This document shows, one piece after another, positions 52,127 to 62,036 of a DNA stretch of 64,000 nucleotides. A model generated the notes under the pieces. That model did no database searches, was not told the DNA's origin, and saw only the letters and a list, made by a program, of their open reading frames with translations. Source of the stretch: Chloroflexota bacterium (GTDB lineage: Bacteria > Chloroflexota > UBA11872 > VXOZ01); the NCBI GenBank assembly GCA_964291655.2, contig OZ219802.1, forward strand, positions 2,112,001 through 2,176,000, given 5' to 3'. Numbering within the stretch: position 1 is the first letter of the stretch; each line of letters opens with the position of its first letter. A program made the position numbers and the translations under genes.

Positions 52127-52553
52127 AGGTACTCGCAACTTGATACTGAACCATGGCGGTACGGTCATTGCCGCAAGGTGACCAGGTAGCATAAGGAGAA
52201 GTGTACAGAGGCGTGCCCTTCTTCGACAGGGAACGTCAGACTGGTTTAATTTTTGCTTTTTGTGGTTGATGTGAGAACGGCGTTGGAGGGGCGGCACAGG
52301 TTACACTCGTGTAGCAAAGTCGCTTCCGCTCCTGAGTGCAGCGAAGGTCTTGGTGTATGCAGTCATTTCGAGACGGCTTTTCATGTGCCTCTTGTCGTCT
52401 CAAACGGTCTGCATGAGTTGCCAGGCTCGAGCACGTAGGGATTGCAGAGTGTTAGCGCCGTCGTAAGTGACAATGGGCCCACCGAGGGTCGGAACTGTTT
52501 GGTTTCTGCCGGGCACTGACGTAAACGCCTATCTCGGCAGTATCTTTGCTGTA

Positions 52554-52587
52554 GAGCGTGAGCCAAGGCTTGCGCTCATTTCATTTT
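52554..52587 (+). terminator. Putative intrinsic terminator
   Basis: GAGCGTGAGC-CAAG-GCTTGCGCTC hairpin (with G-U pairs) followed by ATTTCATTTT. Confidence 0.55.
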
Positions 52588-53257
52588 ACTCGACGATATC
52601 TGTGCATTTATGCCCGCCAGGTACGCGGAGCCGGGTCCGATCGGTTTCAATTCCAGGGGCACAGCGGAACCTCTTGACTTCTCCTTGGGGTCTAGCCCCG
52701 CACGAAGGGCGTGCTCTCGCCCAGGAGACTTCTGCATTACTCGTGCCGCGACGTACACATGACGGTCGGCCAACGCCTTAAGCTCCGCGTTCAACGCCGT
52801 GCAGTCCGCTTGCAGGTCTTTCCGTTCATGCTTCGATAGGCTCAGCGCGAACGGATTACAATCTCCCGGTTTTTGCCCTCGCAGTTTTAATGCACCAGCA
52901 CGCCGCCGACTACAAGATAGTGCACGTGACGCTCACTTGGAATAGGCGTCTTGTGCACTCCCCACGGCACCTACGTTGCAACGTGCCAGCCGGAAGAGGG
53001 CGGCACGCTATGGTACGGCGGGTGCGGCGTGTCCACAGACGGGATGTGTTCAATGCTCTAGATCGGCGCCGGTGTACCGGGAAGACTGCGGAGGATGCCG
53101 CTGCGCTAGGCCGCGCGGCCAATGAGCTAGAGCAAGAGAATCACGCCCGCGAAAGAGACTATCGCGTGTACGTGCTGCCGTACGGGGTTGCGCACGCGGT
53201 TGCGGGCTTGAGCTGCCTACTGCTCGCGGCGGTGTGTGCGTTGGGTGGGTTGGCCGC

Positions 53258-55222
53258 TCACCGCGCCGTTGCCTTGGCCGCATGCCGGTGTACGTGCACC
53301 ATGAGCACGGCAATATCCGCCGGGGTGACTCCGGCAATGCGGGCGGCCTGGCCGATCGTGCGCGGCTGAAATTGCCCCAGTTTTTGTCGCGCTTCCACTC
53401 GCAAGGAGGGAAGCTGGTCGTAGTCGAAGTCCTGCGGCAGTGCCATCGCCTCCATGCGCGCCATCTTTTTCACCTGCGACTGCTGGCGCTCCACATAGCC
53501 CGCATAGCGCGCTTCAAGCTCGATTTGCGCAACGACCTCGGGATCGAGCTCGTCCGCCTGCTCGCCCATAAGCGCGGCAACGACTGCGTAGCGCCCGCGC
53601 GGGCGCTGCAGGAGGCTCAGCGCATTCGTCTGGCTACTGAGCGGCTGCACGCCGGCTCTTGCCAGTGCGCCATTTGTACTGAGCGATGGCGTAATCCAGT
53701 GGCTGCGGAGACGCTCCAGCGTGCGCCCAATCTGATCGCGCTTTGCCATGACACCCGCATAGCGCTCTCCGTCGATCAGGCCGACCTCATACCCAAGCGG
53801 CGTGAGGCGCAGGTCGGCGTTATCGTGGCGCAGCAGCAACCGGTACTCTGCGCGGGAGGTGAACAGGCGATATGGTTCTTGATGCTCCTGGCTTACGAGG
53901 TCATCCAGCATCACGCCGATGTATGCCTGGTCGCGCCCTAACACGACGGCCGGATTGCCCTGCACGCGCCGGGCGGCGTTGATGCCGGCGATGAGTCCCT
54001 GCGCCGCTGCTTCTTCGTAGCCGGAGGTGCCGTTGATCTGACCGGCAAAGAAGAGGCCGGAGACTGACTTGGCCTCCAAGGTGACGTTCGTCTGGTCCGT
54101 GACCACGTGATCGTACTCGACGGCGTAGCCGTGCCGCACAATCTCCGCGTTGCGCAGCGCCGGAACGGTGCGCAGCATCGCCGCCTGCACGTCTTCCGGC
54201 AAGCTGGTATTCGCTCCCTGCACATAGACCTCATGCGTGGTATATCCCTCCGGCTCGAGGAAGAGTTGGTGGGAGTCTTTGTGCGCAAACCGCACGATCT
54301 TGTCCTCGATAGAGGGACAATAGCGGGGTCCTGTTCCGCTGATGCTACCGTTGAACATGGGCGCCCGGTGGAGGTTGTCGCGAATGATGTCGTGCGTGGC
54401 AGGGTTGGTGTGCGTCAAGTAGCAGACCATCTGCCGCCGCCAGGGCGTATCGATCTGGAAGGGGTACACCGGGTCCGGCTCCTCCCGCCGGATTTCTTCT
54501 TCCCGTAGGGGCGTAAATGAGAATCGCAGCGGCTGTTGCGACCCGGGCTGCGGCGTGGTAAGCGCAAAGTTGATGCTCTCTGCGAGGACGCGCGGTGGGG
54601 TGCCGGTTTTCAGGCGGCGTAGTTGAAAGCCCAGCCCGCGCAATGCGTGTGAAAGACCCTGGGCAGGCGCTTCTCCAGCGCGTCCACCCTCAACACGCCT
54701 CTCGCCCGTAATCAGCATGCCTTGCAGGAAAGTGCCGGTAGTCAGAACGACAGTCGGCGCACGGAACGAGTGGCCGGCCTTGGTCTTTACGCCGGTGACG
54801 CGGCGGCGCTCCTCAGACGTATTGGTCGTGATGAGGTCTTCAACCAGGCCGTCGTGGATGGTCAAGTTTGCCTGGTTTTCCAGCACTTGGCGCATTGCTT
54901 GGGCGTAGAGGTGCTTGTCGCACTGGGCGCGCAGCGCCTGTACTGCGGGGCCCTTGCTGCTGTTGAGCAAGCGAATCTGGATAAAAGTACGGTCGGTGAT
55001 CTTGCCCATTTCGCCGCCAAGGGCGTCAATCTCTCGCACAAGATGCCCCTTGGCCGGTCCCCCAATCGAGGGATTGCAGGGCATGAAGGCGATGCGCTCG
55101 CGGTCGCCGGTGACGACCAATGTGCTGCATCCCATGCGCGCCGCCGCGAGCGCCGCCTCACAGCCGGCATGGCCGGCGCCAACGACTATTACGCCATAGT
55201 GCGCTGGTTGACATTGGTTCAT
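53258..55222 (-). CDS. mnmG: tRNA uridine-5-carboxymethylaminomethyl(34) synthesis enzyme MnmG (GidA)
   Basis: VGAGHAGCEAA, MPCNPSIGG, GPRYCPSIEDK and AGQINGTSGYEEAAAQG. Confidence 0.98.
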   Translation of the reverse strand: MNQCQPAHYGVIVVGAGHAGCEAALAAARMGCSTLVVTGDRERIAFMPCNPSIGGPAKGHLVREIDALGGEMGKITDRTFIQIRLLNSSKGPAVQALRAQCDKHLYAQAMRQVLENQANLTIHDGLVEDLITTNTSEERRRVTGVKTKAGHSFRAPTVVLTTGTFLQGMLITGERRVEGGRAGEAPAQGLSHALRGLGFQLRRLKTGTPPRVLAESINFALTTPQPGSQQPLRFSFTPLREEEIRREEPDPVYPFQIDTPWRRQMVCYLTHTNPATHDIIRDNLHRAPMFNGSISGTGPRYCPSIEDKIVRFAHKDSHQLFLEPEGYTTHEVYVQGANTSLPEDVQAAMLRTVPALRNAEIVRHGYAVEYDHVVTDQTNVTLEAKSVSGLFFAGQINGTSGYEEAAAQGLIAGINAARRVQGNPAVVLGRDQAYIGVMLDDLVSQEHQEPYRLFTSRAEYRLLLRHDNADLRLTPLGYEVGLIDGERYAGVMAKRDQIGRTLERLRSHWITPSLSTNGALARAGVQPLSSQTNALSLLQRPRGRYAVVAALMGEQADELDPEVVAQIELEARYAGYVERQQSQVKKMARMEAMALPQDFDYDQLPSLRVEARQKLGQFQPRTIGQAARIAGVTPADIAVLMVHVHRHAAKATAR

Positions 55223-55429
55223 GGAGGTTTCTGTGACCTGTTGCTACTTCAATCGCATGAAGGCGAGGAGGAACGCGCAAACATGAGCCGGACAATCTCT
55301 ATCGAGCATATACGACGCGCTGTCTACGAAACAAGCAATTCTCACCCGAAAAACTCTGTGTGAGTGTGACGAGGGCGTGAAAAGAGGAGCGCGTGGCTAA
55401 GCTCCCCTCGCCTAGGTCCTCTCCCCTAG

Positions 55430-55811
55430 GAGACCTTGGTGTAACCTTAGCGGAAACGAGAGAATGCCCTCTTCCTCGACGGAGACCTTTGCGTAACTCC
55501 GTCATTCCGGCGAAAGCCGGAATCCAGAGCGCCTTTACAACTAAAGACAGCATGATGTCAAGTCATTTCACCCCCATCCCAACCTTCCCCCTCAAAGGTG
55601 AAGGGTTATGCAAAGGTCTCCTCGACGGGAGAGGGCTAGGGTGAGGGTGAATCTCCTGAATTCTCGCCATAGCATACCGATATTTGCTCGGCTACATCTT
55701 GACACTGCACCAGCGCAAGGGGCCACTGCAACATAGAGATCCCCTCACCCCGACCCTCTCCCCGAGGAGAGGGAGGTTTTCTCGCCTACAGGTGAGTTAC
55801 GCAAAGGTCTC
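55430..55811. mobile_element. Long MITE (homolog of 19356-19590) interrupted by a nested 139-bp MITE
   Basis: GAGACC start, GCAAAGGTCTC end; internal sequence collinear with 19356-19590 once 55482-55620 is removed. Confidence 0.7.
55482..55620. mobile_element. 139-bp MITE, copy 1
   Basis: TIRs GAGACCTTTGC/GCAAAGGTCTC; flanking direct repeat CTCGACG. Confidence 0.8.
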
Positions 55812-55951
55812 CACAGGGAGAGGGCCGGGGTGAGGGGATTTCTGCTTAACACGTCATCTCTTCCAGCAAGACCGATACGCAAGCGTGCAATTACGGGAAT
55901 AGAGCCCCCAAATTGCGGGAATCTCCCCCTCACCCTAACCCTCTCCCGCCG

Positions 55952-56090
55952 GAGACCTTTGCGTAACTCCGTCATTCCGGCGAAAGCCGGAATCCAGGGC
56001 GTGTTTACACCTAGAGATAGCATAATGTCAACTCGTTTCACCCCCATCCCATCCTTCCCCCTCATAGGTGATGGGTTATGCAAAGGTCTC
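55952..56090. mobile_element. 139-bp MITE, copy 2
   Basis: Same TIRs and length, highly similar interior; flanking direct repeat CGCCG. Confidence 0.8.
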
Positions 56091-56419
56091 CGCCGGGAGA
56101 GGGGACTTTCCCGTCCCGGCAAGGCTAAAGCAAGGGTCTCCTCGACGGGAGAGGGCGAGAGCCTGCCCCGCACTCGATACAGCGTATCGAGTGCGGGGCG
56201 GGTTCCGAGCACTTCGGCAAGCTCAGCGCAGGCCTGTCGATGGGCAAGACCACAGGGAGCGATGCACTTGTGAGACAAGCTCACAGGGAGAGGGGGGACA
56301 ATTTCTTTCGCGGGCTTGGGTTTCGCAGTGGTCTGTACAGGGAGACGAGGGTTGGGTGCGCCCAGGTCGAGTTGCGGAGATGCCTTCGCAGGAGTAAGGG
56401 AAAATTGTTGACATCGGCA

Positions 56420-57049
56420 CTAGAGAGTGCGCAGGGCCCGCGTTGCGGCTTCGACGTCCTGTGCGCCCACCACAGCCGAAACGACGGCGATGCCGTCTGC
56501 GCCCGCCGCTTGTACGGCCGCGGCGTTCTCTGCCGTAATGCCGCCGATGCCCACAAGAGGAATGGCAGGCGCAGCCTCCCGCAGCGCGCGGACCATGGCG
56601 GGGCCGACCGGAGCACCGGCATCGTCTTTCGTGCGCGTCGCATACATGGGGCCCACGCCGAGATAGTCGGGACGGGCGGGCAGCACCGCCGCCAACTCAG
56701 CGAGATTGCCGGCCGACATGCCGATGATGGCATCGTCGCCCAGCAGCTTGCGGGCGACCGCAGGCGGCAGGTCGTCGTGACCGAGGTGCACGCCGTCCGC
56801 GCCGCACGCAAAGGCAATGTCCACGCGGTCATTCACGACAAAGGGGATGCATGCAGTCCTGCAGAGTTGGGATACGGCCGTCGCCGCAGCCAATACGTCA
56901 CGGTCGGGAGAACGCTTGTCACGCAATTGGAGCATGGTCGCCCCACCGGCAATTGCCTGGCGGGCAATTGCCACTACGGAGCGCCCTCCGGCTACTGCCG
57001 GATCGAGCACAACGTAGAGGCGCAGATCCAGTGTTCGTCCAGGGCTCAT
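56420..57049 (-). CDS. thiE: Thiamine phosphate synthase
   Basis: QLRDK, VNDRVD, GVHLG, TRTK, GIGGI and AVVSA. Confidence 0.95.
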   Translation of the reverse strand: MSPGRTLDLRLYVVLDPAVAGGRSVVAIARQAIAGGATMLQLRDKRSPDRDVLAAATAVSQLCRTACIPFVVNDRVDIAFACGADGVHLGHDDLPPAVARKLLGDDAIIGMSAGNLAELAAVLPARPDYLGVGPMYATRTKDDAGAPVGPAMVRALREAAPAIPLVGIGGITAENAAAVQAAGADGIAVVSAVVGAQDVEAATRALRTL

Positions 57050-57708
57050 TGGCAAGAACAGACGTTCAGAGTCTCACGTAAGCGCGCAACAGCTTGGAGG
57101 AATCGCGGATGGTCTTGTGCTCTCCGCCTCGAGCGCCGAGTCTGAGAAGAATTGTCCTACGGCCCGCAGTCAAGCGTCAAATCTCTCCCGTCCGGTAGAT
57201 GGAATTTTGATGGCTCCCGGCGAGGGATTGGCCTGATCTGCCAACCAAGCGCACGGTCGAGTCTCGCCGATCTTGCTATTGCACTATGGGGCAATTCAAA
57301 GTCATAGGGGATTGTGCAAGAGATCCTCGGCCAATCGCCGATCATGGATCGGCAAGGGCTTCGCGACGCCTACTCACCACGAACGGCAGAGACAAGCTTA
57401 CCCCGAACGGCAAAAGTGAAGACTAATCGAATGAACGGATTGTGAATTCGTCGGAAGAGCCAGATTCCACTCGTCCTGAGCCCGTCGAGGTGCTCAGCAC
57501 AGGCTTGACGAAGAGTCAAGAACGAACGGAAACGCTTTTAACACAACTTCGTAGAGTACAGCACTGACAGCGCCTATCCCGGATCCCACCGGGAACTCAT
57601 ACAACAAGGATTGCCAGTCAATCGGTTAGTTGTGGGCGTATACACCTTATGTTACACTACGGGGATAGATTGGAGTGCTTGGCCGCACAAAGCAACAGAG
57701 CAAGGGGT

Positions 57709-58485
57709 ATGGCGCTCACAATTGCCTGTGCCAACCAAAAGGGTGGTGTCGGCAAGACGACGACAACTGCTAATCTAGGTGCTACTCTCTCGTTGATGGG
57801 TAAGCGCATTTTGGCGGTAGACATGGATGCTCAGGCCAATTTGACCGCTCACTTTGGTCTGGAGCGGGAGTTACAGACCTCTGTAGCGAACGCGCTGCGC
57901 GATCGCAAGGTGGAATTGCCCATTTACCGCGTTGAAGACGACGCGGGCATGTCGATTGACATCGTGCCTGCATCGTTGGAACTCGCGAGTGTAGAGTTTC
58001 AACTGGCAGCAGTCATAGGTCGCGAATTGCGCCTGCGCGAGCACTTGGACAAATTCCAGGATCAATACGACTTTATCCTAATCGACACGCCTCCCTCACT
58101 TGGTTTGCTCACGATAAACGCGCTGGTAGCCGCAGACTGCGTGATTATTCCTACCGAAGCGCGTTTCTTCTCCCTGCAAGGCCTGTACATGTTACAAGAC
58201 ACCATTGGAGAGGCGGCAGCGCTCAATCCGAAAATTGAAATACTGGGTGTGTTACTTAGCAAGTACGACCGCCGGCTGCGCGAAGAAAAGGCGGTTTGGC
58301 AGTACCTGCACGAACGTTGGGGCGACCGCGTCTTTACTACCGAGATTGGGATAAACAGCAAGATTTTGGAGGCCGCGTCGGCGGGTGTCCCGGTCAATGC
58401 ATACGCAGGCGGTAAAAAAGCAACCCATGCATATCAGCTACTAGCCAGAGAGGTGTTAGACCGTGTCGAAGCGACCCGGCTTTGA
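57709..58485 (+). CDS. ParA/Soj family ATPase
   Basis: NQKGGVGKTT deviant Walker A, VDMDAQANLT and IDTPPSLG; start ATG 57709. Confidence 0.93.
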   Translation: MALTIACANQKGGVGKTTTTANLGATLSLMGKRILAVDMDAQANLTAHFGLERELQTSVANALRDRKVELPIYRVEDDAGMSIDIVPASLELASVEFQLAAVIGRELRLREHLDKFQDQYDFILIDTPPSLGLLTINALVAADCVIIPTEARFFSLQGLYMLQDTIGEAAALNPKIEILGVLLSKYDRRLREEKAVWQYLHERWGDRVFTTEIGINSKILEAASAGVPVNAYAGGKKATHAYQLLAREVLDRVEATRL

Positions 58486-59644
58486 TCCCGAGCGGTTGGA
58501 GAACGTGAAAGATAGCACGCGTCCCCGCCCGGTGGTGCCTGACATGGTTGTTCCCGGCTCCCATGCGCGCGAGGCGCGCGGGGTTATTCAAATTCGCATC
58601 ATTGGTGTGGGCGGATGCGGTAGCAACGCGGTCAACCGTATGATCGAATCCAACGTGGTTGGTGCTGCATACGCGGTCATTAATACGGATGCGCAGGCGC
58701 TCCAGGTCTCACGCGCGGAAGACAAACTCGCCATTGGAGATCGCATCACCCGTCTTCGCGGCACGGGCGGACAACCGGAATTGGGCCAACGGGCGGCTGA
58801 AGAGAGTGTCCAAGACATTGAGCAACTCGTCAGTGGCGCGGATATGGTCTTTGTGACTGCGGGCATGGGCGGCGGCACCGGCACCGGCGCGGCGCCTATT
58901 GTCGCCGAACTAGCCAGGCGCCACGGCGCGCTTACGGTGGGAGTCGTCACGCTGCCCTTCATGTTCGAGGGTCGCCCACGGCAGCGCAATGCGGCTGCCG
59001 GCCTGCAAGCGCTCCAACAGCACGTGGATACACTCATCGTCATTCACAACGACCGCCTCCTGGCTGCAGTGCCGGCTTCGGCGCCGATGACGGAAGCGTT
59101 TGCTCTGGCTGATGAGATGCTCGTAAACGGTGTCAAGTCCATTACCGAGCTTGTGACCACGACAGGGATTATCAACGTAGACTTTGCCGACGTGCGTTCG
59201 GTGATGCAGGATGCGGGAACTGCCATGATGGGGATGGGCATCGGGTCCGGCGAGAATCGCATGCTGCTGGCAGTGGAAGAAGCGATGAAAGATCCCCTCT
59301 CCGATAAGGCCGTCAAGGGCGCTCGGGGCGTGCTGTTGAACTTCCGCGGCGGACCCGACATGAGTATTCAGGAAATCAGCGCCGCCGCAGAAATGGTTAG
59401 CACCACGGTAGACCGCGAAGCCAATATCATCTTCGGCGCGTCTATCGATCCGGCGAACCAGGAAGAAGTGCAAGTTACGCTGATTGCCACCGGCCTTCCT
59501 GGCGAACAGCCGCAGCGCGCCGGTAGGCGCGGCCCGACACGCGACGATGAGCCCACCGTCCGGCCGGAAGTCGAGGTGGAAGAGGCGGAGGTAGAAGACC
59601 TGGACTTGCCGGCGTTTCTGCGCCGCCGCCGCCCCAGTCGGTGA
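58463..59644 (+). CDS. ftsZ: Cell division GTPase FtsZ with N-terminal extension
   Basis: GVGGCGSNAVNRM, NTDAQAL, GMGGGTGTG, INVDFADV and C-terminal LDLPAFLRR peptide; GAGGTG SD before GTG 58463. Confidence 0.95.
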   Translation: MSKRPGFDPERLENVKDSTRPRPVVPDMVVPGSHAREARGVIQIRIIGVGGCGSNAVNRMIESNVVGAAYAVINTDAQALQVSRAEDKLAIGDRITRLRGTGGQPELGQRAAEESVQDIEQLVSGADMVFVTAGMGGGTGTGAAPIVAELARRHGALTVGVVTLPFMFEGRPRQRNAAAGLQALQQHVDTLIVIHNDRLLAAVPASAPMTEAFALADEMLVNGVKSITELVTTTGIINVDFADVRSVMQDAGTAMMGMGIGSGENRMLLAVEEAMKDPLSDKAVKGARGVLLNFRGGPDMSIQEISAAAEMVSTTVDREANIIFGASIDPANQEEVQVTLIATGLPGEQPQRAGRRGPTRDDEPTVRPEVEVEEAEVEDLDLPAFLRRRRPSR

Positions 59645-60022
59645 CTTTCGCTCCTAGCCCCGCCTGCATTGCACCGAGTCTCTAGGACTCAAGATAGGAT
59701 TCCCTGGCTTGGCTTGCCTACGGCGGCATGGCTGGTGTAAGTATGCGCCTCACTCTTGTTTCCTCAGCTCGAGAGAACATGCAGCAAAGTTCCGCAGGCG
59801 TGTGTCGCCTCTAACCAATCTTCGTAGAGGCAAGAATCTGGTTTCTAGAGAGACGTTTGCGAAACCGGTCTCCCTGCCGGTTAAGCCCCTTCTTCCCAGG
59901 TAGAGGAAATCGGTACCGTTCCAACCCGATTTCAACCGATTGGCACAGCTCCGCAGGGCTTGCCCCGTACCAGGATTCAGGGGTTCCCCATGCGGGCGGA
60001 GAACTCTACTGGAAGCTACGAG

Positions 60023-60826
60023 TTATGGGCAAGGTTTGGTCGCCCGTATGGAGAACATCTGCGGGATAGATTCGTTTTTCTCTGGGAACCGCCACCAGCC
60101 GTCATCCCCCTGCACCATGTTGGGCAGCGCTTGATAGTGGCAAAAGGGAAACTCATGGAGGAACTCGATCCTGAGTCCGGAGCCAACTAAGGCCGTGACA
60201 ATCTCACCGAGGCTGTGCTGCCACTCATAGTTGGGACTCGCGATGGTTTCGCTACCGGCATAGGACGGCCCATCGCCCGGAAGGTACAACTCTTGGCAGA
60301 AGTAGCTGTACGACGGCAGAGCCTCACCACTTGCGGAAGGTTCGAGCGTTTGCAGGACCGGGTGAAATTCCACAATGTAGAACGTCCCGCCCGGTTTGAG
60401 GTAACGGATTGCCACCTCGGCCCAGCGGTCAAGGTCCGGCAACCAGCACAAGATGCCGTATGACGTGAACACAATGTCGAATTCTTCTGTGAGCACGTTC
60501 GGCAGATCGTAAAGGTTAGAACAGAAAAAGCGCGCGTCCGTGCCGACTTCAGCATTCAACGCGCGCGCGAGTTCAACTGCGTCGTCGGAGAAGTCCACGC
60601 CGGTCGCCTGTGCGCCCAGCCGCGCCCACGACACAGTGTCCAGACCAAAGTGGCACTGCAAGTGAAGCAACGACTTACCGGCTATGGGGCCGACCTCTTC
60701 CCGCTCGATGTCTTTAAGGGTTAACTGGCCCGCCTTGAAGCCGTCCACGTCGTAGAAGTCGGAAGCTGCGTGAACAGCAGTTCTTTCATTCCAGTTAATC
60801 CGGTTCGCTTCGAGGCGTTTATCCAT
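60023..60826 (-). CDS. Class I SAM-dependent methyltransferase
   Basis: LHLQCHFGLD, GVDFS, FDIVFTSYG and LKPGG. Confidence 0.92.
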   Translation of the reverse strand: MDKRLEANRINWNERTAVHAASDFYDVDGFKAGQLTLKDIEREEVGPIAGKSLLHLQCHFGLDTVSWARLGAQATGVDFSDDAVELARALNAEVGTDARFFCSNLYDLPNVLTEEFDIVFTSYGILCWLPDLDRWAEVAIRYLKPGGTFYIVEFHPVLQTLEPSASGEALPSYSYFCQELYLPGDGPSYAGSETIASPNYEWQHSLGEIVTALVGSGLRIEFLHEFPFCHYQALPNMVQGDDGWWRFPEKNESIPQMFSIRATKPCP

Positions 60827-61070
60827 GGGAATGGTACGTGTTGACTAATCCGTTTTGACAGTTTCCCGCTTTTGTCGCCTTGCCAAGATTGAGAGTGCTC
60901 TTGCAACCGTCATTTGTATGTTGTAAGAAGCAGGCAAATGCGGAATGTAAAAGGGTAACACGAGGGGCGCGTGGTCCGTCATTCCCGCGCAGGCGGGAAT
61001 CCATCTCCCTCTGTGCTCCCTGGACTCCGGCTTTCCCCGGAGTGACGGATTCGGGATGAACGCGGGCCTT

Positions 61071-62036
61071 TTATGTGACGATGTTCTGCGGACGGCCTTC
61101 CAAGAAGGCGATGGTGTTCGAGACCGCGCCCTCGTTCAGCAACTCGATGCCTTCCGAAGTCTGGTCAGCCAGGTGCGGTGTGAGAACCACCTGATCGCAA
61201 GTCAAGATTGGGTGATCGGGCGGCAGGGGCTCCTGATCGAAGACATCAAGACCGGCGCCGGCCAGGTGCTCGGATTGCAGCGCAGCAACCAGAGCGGCGG
61301 TATCCACCAGGTCACCTCTACCGGCGTTGATGAGGAGCGCGCCCGGCTTCATCAAGCCGAGTTCCCGCGCACCGATGAGGTGATGACTTTCATCGCTGAG
61401 CCGCACGTGCAAGCTCACAACGTCGGATTCCCGCAGCAGTTGCTCGAGTTCAACAAACTCGACACCAAGCTCGCGCGCCCGTTCCGGCGAGGGGTTGAAC
61501 GTCCACGCCAGGCAGCGCATGCCGAGTAGATTGGCTACGCGGGCGACTTCACGGCCCACGTTGCCCGTGCCGACGACGCCGAGCGTCTTGCCGCTGAGCA
61601 TGACGTTCTGCTTGAGTGTCCAACGACCGGCCTTGAGTTCGCCGGTTTGGAACGCCGTGCGTTTGGAGACGGCAAACATGAGCGCGATGATGTGTTCGGC
61701 AACCACGGGGGCCGTCCGCCCCGGCTGGTTGGCCACGGCCACGCCGCACGCCCGCGCCGCCTCAACGTCAATCGAGTCGACGCCAATGGAGCACGTGGCA
61801 ATGAGGCGCAGGTCGGGCAGGGCCTGCAGCGCCGGCGCAAACCACTTGATCGCCCCGCGCGTGTTCAAGATGACGTGCGCGCCTTCCACGCGCTTGAGCT
61901 GCTCCTCCATGCTCTGCGGCCGGTCGAGATAGAGGTCAACGTCGCCGTACGGCTTGAGCCGCTCCAGATGTGGCGAACCCTGTATCTGGGGCGGAGAATC
62001 ACCGGGAACGACGATTTTCAAAAGTTTGTCTGCCAT
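61071..62036 (-). CDS. D-isomer-specific 2-hydroxyacid dehydrogenase family protein
   Basis: GVVGTGNVG, INAGRG, AGLDVF..EP and TPHLA; start MADK at 62036. Confidence 0.92.
   Translation of the reverse strand: MADKLLKIVVPGDSPPQIQGSPHLERLKPYGDVDLYLDRPQSMEEQLKRVEGAHVILNTRGAIKWFAPALQALPDLRLIATCSIGVDSIDVEAARACGVAVANQPGRTAPVVAEHIIALMFAVSKRTAFQTGELKAGRWTLKQNVMLSGKTLGVVGTGNVGREVARVANLLGMRCLAWTFNPSPERARELGVEFVELEQLLRESDVVSLHVRLSDESHHLIGARELGLMKPGALLINAGRGDLVDTAALVAALQSEHLAGAGLDVFDQEPLPPDHPILTCDQVVLTPHLADQTSEGIELLNEGAVSNTIAFLEGRPQNIVT

Noticed and set aside
52201-52269. 22-codon GTG-start micro-ORF after AAGGAG downstream of promoter copy 2
   Set aside because: SD spacing is only 2 nt and there is no supporting evidence; not called
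50719-53257. oriC next to mnmG/gidA
   Set aside because: No perfect DnaA boxes seen (only the one-mismatch TGTGGTTAA at 51730-51738), no AT-rich unwinding element and no dnaA nearby
52890-53369. 159-aa plus-strand ORF
   Set aside because: It overlaps mnmG antisense, has no recognisable motif and shows no clear RBS
55299-56420. Short ORFs (e.g. 55745-56284, 55830-56273)
   Set aside because: They are translations of REP/MITE DNA with no protein features
57050-57350. TPP riboswitch upstream of thiE
   Set aside because: No CTGAGA...CCTGA...TAATGC consensus on the coding strand
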